Both the position numbers and the translations under genes were made by a program. Below the pieces are notes generated by a model. It made no database searches, had not been told where the DNA came from, and saw only the letters and a program-made list of their open reading frames with translations. This document shows, piece by piece, positions 46,528 to 64,000 of a stretch of 64,000 nucleotides of DNA. How positions within the stretch are numbered: position 1 is the first letter of the stretch; every line of letters starts with the position of its first letter. This stretch comes from Polaromonas sp. Lineage in GTDB: Bacteria; Pseudomonadota; Gammaproteobacteria; Burkholderiales; Burkholderiaceae_C. Where the stretch lies: positions 543 through 64,542 of the forward strand of contig JANNYZ010000030.1 in assembly GCA_031410335.1 (NCBI GenBank). Reading direction: 5' to 3'.

Positions 46528-47435
46528 GCGCTGACTCCCGGCAAGCCTGCAGACAGGCTTCGCAATGCAAATGCGCTGATCATCATGCCCGCGACAAACA
46601 GCGGCACACCAAAGCCGCTGTACCACAGCGCACGCTGCGTGACGCTGGCCAAAAACCGCCACATCATCATGAGCTGGAGCACAACCAGAGCGGCAATGGC
46701 CAGTGCATGCCAGGGGCGTTCCCAGCCCAGCAGCAACACGATCACTACCAGCTGCGACACCACCATCACGGCGCATGCCACGCGGGCAGCATTTTGAACG
46801 CCCAATTGAACGGGCAGGGAGCGCACGCCCATCTGGCGATCACCCTCTACGGCTTTAAAGTCATTGAGCGTCATGATGCCGTGGGTGCCCACGCTGTATA
46901 GCGCCGCCAACAGCAGTGAACGGCTGTCAGGCATGATTCCGCCAGCCATCACAGCCGCACCGGTTACCCAGGCAATCCCTTCGTAGCTGAAACCGCAAGC
47001 AGCGTTGCCCCACCAACCATTTTCTTTCAGGCGCACGGGCGGCGCACTGTAGGCCCAGGCGAGCAGAAGCCCCACCATCGCTGCCCCAAAGCCCCAAGGC
47101 CCCAGCACGGTCGCCACCAGTAATGAAATCATGGTCCACAGCACCGCCAGATACAAACCCCAGCGCCCAGGCATTCGGCCTGAAGGAATCGGCCTTTGCG
47201 GCTCGTTGATGGCATCCACATGGCGGTCAAACCAGTCATTCACCGCTTGGCTGGTGGCGCAAACGAATGGTCCGGCCAGAGCGACGCCAACGACGGCCAG
47301 TATCCATTTGCCCTGCATGGCCATCCCGGAAGCCACCACGCCGCAAGTGAATGCCCACATGGGCGGAAACCACGTGATCGGCTTGAAAAGCTCAGCCACG
47401 GTAGACAGGCTGGGCCTGGGGTTGATTACAGACAT
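46524..47435 (-). CDS. bchG: Bacteriochlorophyll synthase
   Basis: KPITWFPPMWA, NDWFDRHVDAINEP-x-RPIPSGR, NDFKAVEGD. Confidence 0.96.
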   Translation of the reverse strand: MSVINPRPSLSTVAELFKPITWFPPMWAFTCGVVASGMAMQGKWILAVVGVALAGPFVCATSQAVNDWFDRHVDAINEPQRPIPSGRMPGRWGLYLAVLWTMISLLVATVLGPWGFGAAMVGLLLAWAYSAPPVRLKENGWWGNAACGFSYEGIAWVTGAAVMAGGIMPDSRSLLLAALYSVGTHGIMTLNDFKAVEGDRQMGVRSLPVQLGVQNAARVACAVMVVSQLVVIVLLLGWERPWHALAIAALVVLQLMMMWRFLASVTQRALWYSGFGVPLFVAGMMISAFALRSLSAGLPGVSA

Positions 47436-47438
47436 AGT

Positions 47439-47482
47439 TGTATTATTTGATTGACAATGTATAGTGTCAACTATTATTTACA
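47439..47482. promoter_or_regulatory. Tandem PpsR/CrtJ boxes in the bchG / ppsR-paralogue divergent promoter
   Basis: Two exact TGT-N12-ACA palindromes (47439-47456 and 47465-47482), 8 bp apart, each containing a TTGACA in opposite orientation. Confidence 0.85.
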
Positions 47483-47622
47483 CTGACATTGAATTTCAGC
47501 TCCGTCGAGCGGTTCAAGAGTTCAGTGCTGCAAATCAACCACAGCATGGCTGCCATCCAATTCATGCTGCGGGCCAGGGTCTATCGTGACCTGTTGGCCG
47601 CCAAATGGATGAAGGGGATGTG

Positions 47623-49029
47623 ATGACGACATCAAACAATGCCATGACTTTTTCACAGTCGCTGTCAGAGTGGGCGCCTGAACTGGCGCAGACCATGGTC
47701 AGTCTGGGCGGTGACATTGCACTTGTGCTCGACCAACACGGCATCGTGCGCCGCGTAGACCAGCGTGCATCAACACCTCTGGCCAGTGATGCCAACACCT
47801 GGATAGGCCAGCGCTGGACGGACACGGTCACCCTTGAGAGCAAGCCCAAGCTTGAACGTCTGATTGCCGAGGCTTCGGCTGATTGCGCAACGCGCAAACG
47901 CGAGGTCAATCACTCGGCTGACAACGGCACAACCATCGCCGTAGCCTACACCGCCATGCGGCTAGGAACGGGCGGTCCCATTTTGGCTGTGGGGCGTGAC
48001 TTGGGCATCAGCGCTGCGTTGCAGCAACGCTTTTTGGGTGCGCAGCAAGAAATGGAGCGCAACTACAGTCGCGCGCGCCAGTCTGAAGCGCGTTACCGGC
48101 TGCTTTTTCAGGTGGCTACCGATGCCGTTATTGTTGTTGACGGCACAACGCTTTGCATTGTTGAGGCCAACCAGAGTGCGACCGACTTGTTTGACCTGAC
48201 GGCGGCGCAGGTGGTTGGACAGAACGCTGAGTTTGCGTTTGAGCGCGAGTCGCGTCGCGTGATGACAGCTGGCCTGAAGGCAGCCCTGAGCAGCGGACAG
48301 TCCACACAAACACGCACCTTTTTGCGCGGCAAGGCTCGCAGCGCTTGTGTGACGGCCACACCCTTCAAGGTGCTGGACACCACACAGTTGCTGGTGCGAA
48401 TTCGCACGACCGAACAATTGGCCACCTCCAGCGATCTGGGTGCTACGCTGGCGCGACTGGTTGACAGTGCCACGGAAGGTGTGGCCGTGACGGATGTTGA
48501 CGGTTGCGTTCTGGTGGCGAACCCGGCATTTCTAAAGCTGGTGGAAGCTAGCACAGAGGCTTCAGTCAGAGGCCGGCCTTTGTCCGACTGGATCAGTCTG
48601 CCAAATGAACCCTTCACCGCGCTGCTGCATCAGGTCAAGCAGGAGGGCATGACTGACTATGCGCAGTCGCAGGTGATGCTCAGCAACGCCTTACTCAAAC
48701 CGGTTGAAGTTGCCGCAACGCTACTCAGTGAAATTGACCCGCCCTGCATTGGCTTCAGTGTGCGGCTGGTTGCTACGGCCAACGGTGATGTGTCTGCCAC
48801 GGTAGAGCCGGTGCAGGCAGCTGTCAAGGTGCTGTGCGATCAGGTGGGCAGTCAGGCTCTGCCAGAGCTGATGAGGCGCGCCGCAGACATGTTGCAGCGT
48901 AACTTTATTCGCCTGGCGATGGAGCGCGCAGGAGCCGATCTGAACAAGGCCGCGACGATTTTGGGCATTAACCGGCAGCAGCTTGAGATGTTGTACCAGC
49001 CTGGCACTGGGACGCAAAGTAACGGGTGA
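47623..49029 (+). CDS. Divergent PpsR paralogue (PAS domains plus Fis-type HTH)
   Basis: Aligns by eye with the neighbouring PpsR (DIALVLD, YRLLFQVA, C-terminal VG...L...AA-x-x-LG). The start may be 47605. Confidence 0.85.
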   Translation: MTTSNNAMTFSQSLSEWAPELAQTMVSLGGDIALVLDQHGIVRRVDQRASTPLASDANTWIGQRWTDTVTLESKPKLERLIAEASADCATRKREVNHSADNGTTIAVAYTAMRLGTGGPILAVGRDLGISAALQQRFLGAQQEMERNYSRARQSEARYRLLFQVATDAVIVVDGTTLCIVEANQSATDLFDLTAAQVVGQNAEFAFERESRRVMTAGLKAALSSGQSTQTRTFLRGKARSACVTATPFKVLDTTQLLVRIRTTEQLATSSDLGATLARLVDSATEGVAVTDVDGCVLVANPAFLKLVEASTEASVRGRPLSDWISLPNEPFTALLHQVKQEGMTDYAQSQVMLSNALLKPVEVAATLLSEIDPPCIGFSVRLVATANGDVSATVEPVQAAVKVLCDQVGSQALPELMRRAADMLQRNFIRLAMERAGADLNKAATILGINRQQLEMLYQPGTGTQSNG

Positions 49030-49059
49030 CAGGCTGCCCGATGCACAGGCTGAACGGAT

Positions 49060-50520
49060 TTAGCTGGTTGTTTCAGACAGGGCATCGCCCACGCCAAAAC
49101 GCCTGAGCTTGACGTAAAGACTTTGTCGCGAGAGGCCCAGCATTTCTGCCGCTGCAGCGCGGTTGTCGCCTGTCAGCTCAAGTGCTGCCTCGATGCACAG
49201 CTCTTCAATCAGATCGGTGGTTTCCCGAACGATATCGCGTAAAGGAACACGGCCGACTAGCTCGGTCATCTGACCGGGTGAACGTGGCATGTCCTTGCCC
49301 GCAACCTGTGTCTCGCCCATCAGGCGTCTGCCGACGTCGCGAATGGTGAAAGCCAGACACGCCTGGTCTCCAGTGCCAACGGATACTGCTGAAATCTCAA
49401 CATCAGCTTTGGCACCATACTCACCCTGCATCGTAGTGGCATACAAACGCACCGCACCGCGCTGCTTTAAATTTGACACCAGCACATTCATGTCCACTCC
49501 GCTACGACCCAGCCATTTTTGAAGCGACTCACCGCGAACCAGCGCGTCGCTGGCAAGCTGGGTCAGCTCCAGAAAAGCGCGATTTACCGACTGAACGCGA
49601 CCCTCAGCATCGGTCATTGCAAATGCGTCGGGGGCGTTTTCCAGCGCTTTGAGCAGTAACTGGGTCGCGCTGTTTTCGCTGGATTCAACCTGGGGACCGG
49701 TAGAGTTGATACGCAACAGCAGGTGGGTGGAATTCTCTTGCCTGAACAGCGATCCCGACAATGAAAACGCCTCGGCCAAGCCATCAAAACAAACGGTGAT
49801 GGGATCAGCACGACCATTACTGCGCAACGCGGCAAACAGCTGCTGTACGCCCGGAACACTCAAGGAGTCCAGACTGTCAGCAAATGTCCAGCCTGCGGTA
49901 CGTGCCCTGTCACCGAGAAGCTTGTAGGCAGCGGGATTGGCTTCTTCGAGTTTTTCTGAAGTGGCATCCAGAATCAGCACGGCCTCCGACGCCACCTGAA
50001 ATAACAGTCGGTAGCGGGTCTCAACATGGCGTAAGCGCCAGTAATCTCTCTCCATTGACAACTGTGCACTGACAAGGCGCTGCTGCAAAGCCACTTGCGA
50101 ACGCAGGTCCCGCCCGAATGCGACCGAATGCCGGCGTCCAGCCTCGCGCCTGATCGGCACAATCGTGTACGAAAGCGCCAGGTCGGCCTTGTTGACCGAG
50201 GGGTGGTTAATATGCCGCCACTTGGAACTGCCCCCTTGTGCCGCTTCCTTGAGCATTTCCTGAACTTTGGGTTGACTTTCAACCGTGACGGTTTGAAGCC
50301 AAGGCTTGCCCAGCCAGTCCGCGTCTGCGTGTTCTTTGAGTTCATCGCTGGCAAAAGCCATGTCCTGAATGACACCGGCTTCATCCAGAATAAGTGCGAC
50401 ATCAGCTGCAGCCGAAATCAGCGAGGCCGCAGTTTCCGCGTCCAGTCCTGCCAAAAACTGTTCGGGCTGATCAAAATGCCCAAGAACATTTTCTTTAGTC
50501 AACTGTAGGGTGGCATTCAT
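49060..50520 (-). CDS. ppsR: Transcriptional repressor PpsR/CrtJ
   Basis: SMERDYWRLRHVETRYRLLF; ETTDLIEELCIEAALELTGDNRAAAAEMLGLSRQSLYVKLRRFG. Confidence 0.95.
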   Translation of the reverse strand: MNATLQLTKENVLGHFDQPEQFLAGLDAETAASLISAAADVALILDEAGVIQDMAFASDELKEHADADWLGKPWLQTVTVESQPKVQEMLKEAAQGGSSKWRHINHPSVNKADLALSYTIVPIRREAGRRHSVAFGRDLRSQVALQQRLVSAQLSMERDYWRLRHVETRYRLLFQVASEAVLILDATSEKLEEANPAAYKLLGDRARTAGWTFADSLDSLSVPGVQQLFAALRSNGRADPITVCFDGLAEAFSLSGSLFRQENSTHLLLRINSTGPQVESSENSATQLLLKALENAPDAFAMTDAEGRVQSVNRAFLELTQLASDALVRGESLQKWLGRSGVDMNVLVSNLKQRGAVRLYATTMQGEYGAKADVEISAVSVGTGDQACLAFTIRDVGRRLMGETQVAGKDMPRSPGQMTELVGRVPLRDIVRETTDLIEELCIEAALELTGDNRAAAAEMLGLSRQSLYVKLRRFGVGDALSETTS

Positions 50521-51485
50521 TAAGTAGAGGGGGTTTTCGGCAAATCGCTGCTTTTGGGTTTACCCGACGATTGTGCCGCAACAAGTCGAGCGGCCAAAGT
50601 CGGGGCCTGCGCACCGTCGGTGGATGCTGCATCCGCGTTGACATAAGAAACGTACTCGGGATGAGCCAGAAACAAAGGTCCGCCAACAAGAATGCTGATG
50701 GCCGAGTTCAGTGCAGATTTTCGAATCTGTTTGATGCATTCAGCCAACGCGTCAAGCCGCGTGGCGTCGCCAAGTGAAAACCCCACCACATCGAACCACT
50801 CGCTTTGCACCATCATCACTGGATCGGCTCCCGCTTCCCAAGGGCCGCCACCAACATCCCAGCCAGCCCGTCGGAAAAACTCAGACACCATCACCAGGCC
50901 AAAAGTGTGTTGTTCTCCCGGGGCCGGCAGCAGCAGGGCTCGCCGACCATTGGCCTTGTGATGAGACTGGCTAAACGCGGGACTCAGCTCGCGCAAAACC
51001 TGATGCAATCGGCCCAGTCCAAGCGTGACTTCTGTGAAGTCGCACAAGTCTTCTTCCCACAACTCGCCCAGATACCGTGCAACAGGGGCCAGCAGGTCGG
51101 TATAAATTGTTTCCACCGATACACCGCTGCTGCGCATGGTTTCAATGCATGCGTGGGCTACGTTTTCATCAGGCGCAAGCACCAGTTTTGCGAAAGCGGT
51201 GACATCCTCAGCGCTGACTTTGGGGCTTGAAGACGGCGCAACGGCGAGGCAGTCCTCTGCCGTCGGATGAGCAAGCATCAAACGCGGAATGATTTCGTGC
51301 TCTATGGCACGCGAAAGTACAGCAAGCCGTAGTTCAACTGCCTCTCTATTTGCATCCGTTGCTATGCGCGCCAGTGCCTGGCTGCCGTTGGTATAGGTTT
51401 GGCTGACAGCTTCAGAATCTACAGACCTGTTCGCTGGGCTGGATTCACTGGATGTGATTGCCTGGTTGTTGGTGTAAGCGTTCAT
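50520..51485 (-). CDS. aerR: Cobalamin-binding antirepressor AerR/PpaA
   Basis: IEHEIIPRL, LGELWEED-x-CDF, PGEQHTFG, GWDV; TAATG-coupled to ppsR. Confidence 0.9.
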   Translation of the reverse strand: MNAYTNNQAITSSESSPANRSVDSEAVSQTYTNGSQALARIATDANREAVELRLAVLSRAIEHEIIPRLMLAHPTAEDCLAVAPSSSPKVSAEDVTAFAKLVLAPDENVAHACIETMRSSGVSVETIYTDLLAPVARYLGELWEEDLCDFTEVTLGLGRLHQVLRELSPAFSQSHHKANGRRALLLPAPGEQHTFGLVMVSEFFRRAGWDVGGGPWEAGADPVMMVQSEWFDVVGFSLGDATRLDALAECIKQIRKSALNSAISILVGGPLFLAHPEYVSYVNADAASTDGAQAPTLAARLVAAQSSGKPKSSDLPKTPST

Positions 51486-51763
51486 CGATTTGTCTCCTGG
51501 CGTCTACTATGTAGATTCCCTTGGCGGTTTTAGCGCTACAGCTCCGAACAATATCGTTGCATTTTTACGCTGCTTGTCATGAATACGCTTTACGTCGCCC
51601 GAAAGCGATATCGACGCGGGACCTCTATTTTGTAGGCCAAAAGCACGCCAGCTTGTCATCTCGCATCGGGTTGTACATGCTGCCACTGAATTGGTCAACC
51701 TAGTCTTTACTTACTTTGATGATCTTTTGAATTTAAAAGTGACTTTAGCGCGCACCATAAAAA

Positions 51764-51797
51764 TGTCAATTTAAATTTACGTCAATATAAGTTGACA
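51764..51797. promoter_or_regulatory. Overlapping near-consensus PpsR boxes upstream of bchF
   Basis: TGT-N12-ACG (51764-51781) and CGT-N12-ACA (51780-51797), one mismatch each. Confidence 0.7.
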
Positions 51798-51826
51798 CTT
51801 TCCAAAAGCACGGTTAAATTGGGGGC

Positions 51827-53625
<1,799 letters not shown>

Positions 53626-53634
53626 GAGCTACAG

Positions 53635-55195
53635 ATGCAGCTGACCCTCTGGACATACGAAGGCCCCCCCCACGTAGGAGCGATGCGCGTCGCGACTGCC
53701 ATGGAGGACGTGCACTACGTGCTTCACGCGCCCCAAGGCGACACCTACGCTGATTTGCTGTTCACGATGATTGAGCGCCTGCCCAAGCGCCCACCCGTGA
53801 CCTACACCACTTTTCAGGCGCGCGACTTGGGTGGTGACACCGCAGAGCTGTTTAAGACAGCCGCACGGGAAGCCTTTGAACGCTTTAAGCCTAAAGCCAT
53901 GCTTGTTGGCGCGTCATGCACGGCTGAGCTGATTCAGGACGATCCAGGTGGTCTGGCCAAGGCGCTTGATTTGCCGATCCCGGTAGTTGCGCTTGAACTC
54001 CCGAGCTATCAGCGCAAGGAAAACTGGGGCGCGTCAGAGACTTTTTATCAATTGGCGCGGTCGCTGGCCCGGCCAAAAACACAAGGAACGAACAGCGGAC
54101 GCAAGTCCTGCAATATTCTTGGCCCGACCGCGTTGGGTTTCAGGCATCGTGACGACTTGCGCGAAATCACGGGTCTGCTGGGCCAATTGGGTATTGACAT
54201 CAATGTCGTTGCCCCGTTGGGCGCAATGCCTGCAGACATGGCGCGCTTGGGTGATGCTGATTTCAACGTGGTTCTTTATCCTGAAATCGCTTCAGTGGCT
54301 GCCCAATGGCTCACGCGCACATTCGGCCAGCCCGCGACCAAAACGGTGCCCATCGGCTCTGGTGCCACACGCGACTTCGTCAACGAAGTTGCGCAATTGG
54401 CCGACATCGATGCCAGCAAGGTCGCTGCGTTGCTGGCCAGCGCAGATGCCAGAGCTCCCTGGTATGCCAAGTCAGTTGACTCTACCTACCTGACCAACAA
54501 GCGCGTGTTTGTGTTTGGCGACGCCACGCATGCCGTCGCTGCCGCGCGTATTGCCAGCCGCGAACTGGGTTTCACAGTGGTCGGCTTGGGCACTTACAGC
54601 CGCGAACATGCACGGGAGGTGCGCGAGGCTGCCAAGCTGTATGGCATTGAGCCCTTGATCACCGACGACTATCTGGAAGTTGAGGCCAAAGTGGCAGAGC
54701 TGCAACCCGAGCTTGTGCTGGGCTCACAAATGGAGCGGCATATTGCGAAGCGTTTGGGCATACCATGCGCCGTGATTTCTGCGCCTGTGCATGTGCAGGA
54801 CTTCCCGGCGCGCTACTCACCCCAAATGGGTTTTGAAGGTGCCAACGTCATGTTCGACACCTGGGTGCATCCTCTGATGATGGGTCTGGAAGAACACCTG
54901 ATTGGCATGTTTCGGGGTGATGCGGAATTTCATGAAGACGCCAGCCCATCACATCTCGGGAAATCAGCGATCGTCAGCAAAGCTGCCGTTGAGGTTGAAG
55001 CCAGCGAAGCTATTTCAAGCGCAGCCAAAACGTCAGCCGAGGCCATTGGACAGGTTGGCCACGCGGTTTGGGGGGCTGATGCGGAGAAAGAACTGAAAAA
55101 AATTCCGTTTTTCGTCCGCGGTAAAGCCAGACGGAACACCGAGCAATACGCCAAAGATATGGGTTTGCACACCATTACGCTAGAGACACTTTACG

Positions 55196-55221
<26 letters not shown>
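53635..55221 (+). CDS. bchB: Dark-operative protochlorophyllide reductase subunit B
   Basis: [25 protein letters not shown]-terminal PCP-red domain [15 protein letters not shown]. Confidence 0.96.
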
Positions 55222-60664
<5,443 letters not shown>

Positions 60665-60680
<16 letters not shown>

Positions 60681-62125
60681 AAATCCCAAGCTTTAAAAAC
60701 GGCATTCGCCGCCTTCCCATGCAGTACCTGCCATTTGCAGATGCGGCAAGTGCGGGCTTGCCGATGGGTCGACTGCTGCGGCTATCCCTGTTTCAGGTGA
60801 CAGTCGGCATGTCGGCTGCCCTGATGGTTGGCACACTCAATCGGGTGATGATTGTTGAGTTGGGTGTTGCGGCATGGCTGGTCGCGCTCATGGTGGCGAT
60901 TCCTCTGCTGGTAGCGCCGTTTCGGGCTGTCACGGGTTTTCGATCAGACACCCACCGGTCTGCTTTCGGGTGGCGGCGTGTGCCCTTCATCTGGACGGGC
61001 ACGATGCTTCAGTTCATGGGACTGACCTTCATGCCATTTGCATTGCTGGTGTTGACAGGGCAAGGCGATATACGTACGCCCGATTGGCTGAACCAGGCCA
61101 TTGCTGGCTTGTCATTTTTATGTGTGGGCATAGGCTTGCAAACCTCGCAGACGGCTGGTTTGGCGCTTGCCACGGATCTGGCCGATGAGCCCACCCGTCC
61201 CCGGGTTGTGGCGCTGATGTACGTTATGTTGCTGCTGGGTATGGTCGGTAGCAGTTTTGTCTTCAGTTTGATGCTGCAAGACTTCACGCCTAAAAAAATG
61301 ATTCAGGTCATACAGGGTCATGCAGTTCTGACGCTGGTTCTGAACGCGATTGCGCTTTGGAAGCAGGAGGCACGTGACCCGGTGCGAGCCGCAGCACTTA
61401 AATTGGAACCTGTGCCTGTCTTCAAGGATGCCTGGCAGCGTTTCATCAGCAACGGTAAGGCACGCCGGTTTCTGGCCATGGTGGCCTTGGGTACCGCCGC
61501 TTTCAACATGCAGGATATTGTCCTGGAGCCCTACGGCGGCGAGATTCTCAAACTCACTGTCAGCGCGACTACTCTGCTGACGGCGCTATTGGCCAGCGGC
61601 TCGCTGGTAGCGTTTGCCGTGGCCTCCCGCAAGCTGTCTCAGGGCATTGACCCCTGCCGATTGGCTGCATACGGCGTAGTGTGCGGCTTGCCTGGGTTCT
61701 CAGCGGTCATTTTTGCTGCTCCGCTGGACGCCACCTGGCTGTTTTATCTTGGTGTTTTTTGCATCGGCTTTGGTGCCGGGCTATTTTCTGTCAGCACCTT
61801 GGCAGCGGCCATGGGCATGGAGCGCAAAGAGTTTGTCGGCCTGGCGCTTGGTGCCTGGGGCGCTGTTCAGGCCACTTCCGCAGGAATCTCGATTGCCTTT
61901 GGTGGCGCGGCGCGAGACTTTGTGTCCAGCTTGGCCCTGCACGGCTCGCTCGGTCCCGCGTTGGCGGTCCCCGTTACGGGTTACAGCTTCGTCTACTACA
62001 CCGAGATTTGTCTGCTGTTTGTCACCCTCGTAGCCATTGGCCCGCTGGTACGGCGTGCCAGTTTGCCGTCTGCCAGTCAGCCCACAAAAAATGAACGTTT
62101 TGGCTTGGCTGACTTGCCGGGCTGA
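60665..62125 (+). CDS. lhaA: LH1 assembly protein (PucC family)
   Basis: LPFADAA...LLRLSLFQV, GTLNRVMIVEL, QDIVLEPYGG; lies between bchM and puhA. Confidence 0.9.
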
Positions 62126-62198
62126 GAGATTTTCAGCAAGTCCTTAACTGTTTTAACCGTTATCAAGCAACCGCAACCGCATTTTTAGGAGTCCCACC

Positions 62199-62972
62199 AT
62201 GCAACAAATAGGCGCCATCACAGGATATCTCGATCTGGCCCAGATCATTTTGTACATGTTCTGGCTGTTCTTTGCCGGCATCATTTTCTATCTGGTGCTT
62301 GAAAACCACCGCGAAGGCTATCCGATGGAGTCTGAAGGCCCGCCCGGCTCAGCCACCATCACGGGCTGGCCCATTCCTGCACCCAAGACGTTCAAGCTAG
62401 CAAGCGGCAAAGAGGTCACTGTGCCCGAGCTGAACCGTCCAGAGCCGCCACAAAACACGCGTCGCGACGGCGCGTCTTATGGCAACCCTTACATTCCAAC
62501 CGGTGACGTGATGACGTCTGGCGTAGGTGCAGGTGCTTACACCATGCGCGCTGATGTGCCCGACATGGACTTGCACGGCCACCCCATCATCAGGCCTTTG
62601 CGTGTGCTCGATGGATTTGATGTGTCCAAAAACGATACCGACCCGCGCGGCTTGCCTGTCGTCGGCACAGACAACAAAGTCGCTGGTAGGGTTGTGGACA
62701 TGTGGGTTGACACCTGCGAGATGATGTTTCGCTTCATTGAAGTAGAGCTGAATGCCGAAAACGGAGGTCGCCGCATCCTGCTGCCAGTACCTTTTGCCCG
62801 CATTAAATCGGGCAGCGTCAAGGCGCACAGCATTTACGCCGCCCAATTTTCGAACGTGCCTGCTACCAAAAGCCCTGACCAGGTCACGCTTTTGGAAGAA
62901 GAAAAAATCAGTGCCTACTACGGCGGCGGAACACTTTACGCAGATCCAACGCGTGCGGAGCCGCTGCTGTGA
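62199..62972 (+). CDS. puhA: Photosynthetic reaction centre H subunit
   Basis: GAITGYLDLAQ...ENHREGYP, PAPKTF, DPRGLPV, DQVTLLEEEKISAYYGGG. Confidence 0.97.
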   Translation: MQQIGAITGYLDLAQIILYMFWLFFAGIIFYLVLENHREGYPMESEGPPGSATITGWPIPAPKTFKLASGKEVTVPELNRPEPPQNTRRDGASYGNPYIPTGDVMTSGVGAGAYTMRADVPDMDLHGHPIIRPLRVLDGFDVSKNDTDPRGLPVVGTDNKVAGRVVDMWVDTCEMMFRFIEVELNAENGGRRILLPVPFARIKSGSVKAHSIYAAQFSNVPATKSPDQVTLLEEEKISAYYGGGTLYADPTRAEPLL

Positions 62973-63658
62973 ACGTTCAGGGCAACGGACACGAGCATGA
63001 GTTTGAAGCAGCTTATGGGCTGCCCGAGCCCTTGCCAAAAGGCGAAAGTATTTTGTGGCAAGGCGCGCCAGATTTTTATGATCTGGCAGTGCGGGTTTTT
63101 CACCTGAAAAAAGTGGCAGTGTATTTCGTGGTGCTGATGATCGTCAGGGGTACATTTTTGTATTCGTCTGACGCATCGCCCGTGACCATCCTGGCGGGCG
63201 TCTTGCTGGTGGTGGCGCTGGGGTTAACGGCCATGGCCGCTTTGGGCATATTGGCCTGGCTTACGGCTCGCACTACAGCCTACACCCTGACTGACCAGCG
63301 CGTGGTCATGCGCATCGGCATCGTGCTGACGCTGACCTTCAATTTGCCACTCAGGCGGATTGAAACCGCTGGACTGTTGCTGACTGGCAAAGGCTTTGGC
63401 GATATTCCTTTGGCCCTGAGCGGCGGTGACCGGATTGGCTGGCTGAATTTGTGGCCGCACGCAAGGCCATGGCGCCTTGGCAAGCCAGAACCGATGCTGC
63501 GTTGCATACCGCAGGCTCAAGCGTTTGCCGCCACATTGCAAAAAGCATGGACACAAGCCACCGGTAAAACCAGCGCGTCGGTCCATGCGCAGAGCGAGAT
63601 TGACAGTGCCAATGCTGACTTTTGGCAAACCAACGTATTGACCAACAAACCTGTCTGA
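62969..63658 (+). CDS. puhB: Photosynthetic complex assembly protein PuhB
   Basis: GLPEPLP-x-GE-x-ILWQG, YTLTDQRVVMRIG, LWPHARPW...EPMLR. Confidence 0.92.
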   Translation: MNVQGNGHEHEFEAAYGLPEPLPKGESILWQGAPDFYDLAVRVFHLKKVAVYFVVLMIVRGTFLYSSDASPVTILAGVLLVVALGLTAMAALGILAWLTARTTAYTLTDQRVVMRIGIVLTLTFNLPLRRIETAGLLLTGKGFGDIPLALSGGDRIGWLNLWPHARPWRLGKPEPMLRCIPQAQAFAATLQKAWTQATGKTSASVHAQSEIDSANADFWQTNVLTNKPV

Positions 63659-64000
63659 TGAACATGTCCAGCACAGCTTTTTCAAATCCTATGCCGACAC
63701 GCACCACTGACACTTTTCCGCGCTGGGTACTCTGGTCGGTCGCGGGCTTGCTCGCGTTCACGATAGGAGCTGTGGCTTTGGTTCGGATCACAGGCAATGG
63801 CCCCGACCAACTGGCCGCTGCCACCGCGGTCGAAAGACTGCTGCGCTTTGAAGACAGAGCGGGTGGAGGTGTTGCGGTGATTGACGGCGAAACAGGCCAG
63901 TTGCTGACCACCGTTACCGGCGAGCAGGGGTTTTTTCGCGGCGCGCTGCGTGCGCTGGCCCGGGATCGCATCGCCCGAAAAATTGGGCCGGAGCAGCCTT
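63658..64000 (+). CDS. puhC: Photosynthetic complex assembly protein PuhC (truncated by the window end)
   Basis: Hand translation from ATG 63658 (TGATG overlap): one TM helix, then LRFEDRAGGGVAVID and GFFRGALRALAR. Confidence 0.88.
   Translation, partial: MNMSSTAFSNPMPTRTTDTFPRWVLWSVAGLLAFTIGAVALVRITGNGPDQLAAATAVERLLRFEDRAGGGVAVIDGETGQLLTTVTGEQGFFRGALRALARDRIARKIGPEQP

Noticed and set aside
47436-51826. FNR/FnrL boxes in the photosynthesis promoters
   Set aside because: I found no TTGAT-N4-ATCAA match by eye. TTGACA-N8-TGTCAA at 47451-47470 is explained by the inner halves of the PpsR boxes.

Overview
GC-rich betaproteobacterial chromosome segment (Comamonadaceae-like; Rhodoferax/Limnohabitans-type assignment is inferred from gene content and order). 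It has four blocks. (1) 1-20 kb, housekeeping and accessory genes: DUF1631 protein, a GGT/Bug/GAF module, a MocR regulator with a divergent six-gene operon, creatininase, a tiny collagen-like lipoprotein, a B12 radical SAM enzyme and a DsbD/ScsB-redoxin pair. (2) 20-31 kb: hemE, an intergenic region with DnaA boxes and IHF sites (candidate oriC), priA, rep, an RNB ribonuclease and a CPA1 antiporter. (3) 30.8-43 kb: a 12-gene GntR-controlled catabolic cluster of unknown substrate. (4) 43.3-64 kb: the left part of an anoxygenic photosynthesis gene cluster (HiPIP, bchP, pucC-like, bchG, two convergent ppsR paralogues, aerR/ppaA, bchFNBHLM, lhaA, puhABC), cut off by the window end. A ~55-bp palindromic-headed repeat occurs about 9 times, five times inside genes. 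Twice it encodes the hydrophobic core and cleavage site of a signal peptide. I found no tRNA, rRNA, CRISPR array, transposase or phage gene. All calls come from reading motifs by eye; no database search was run.
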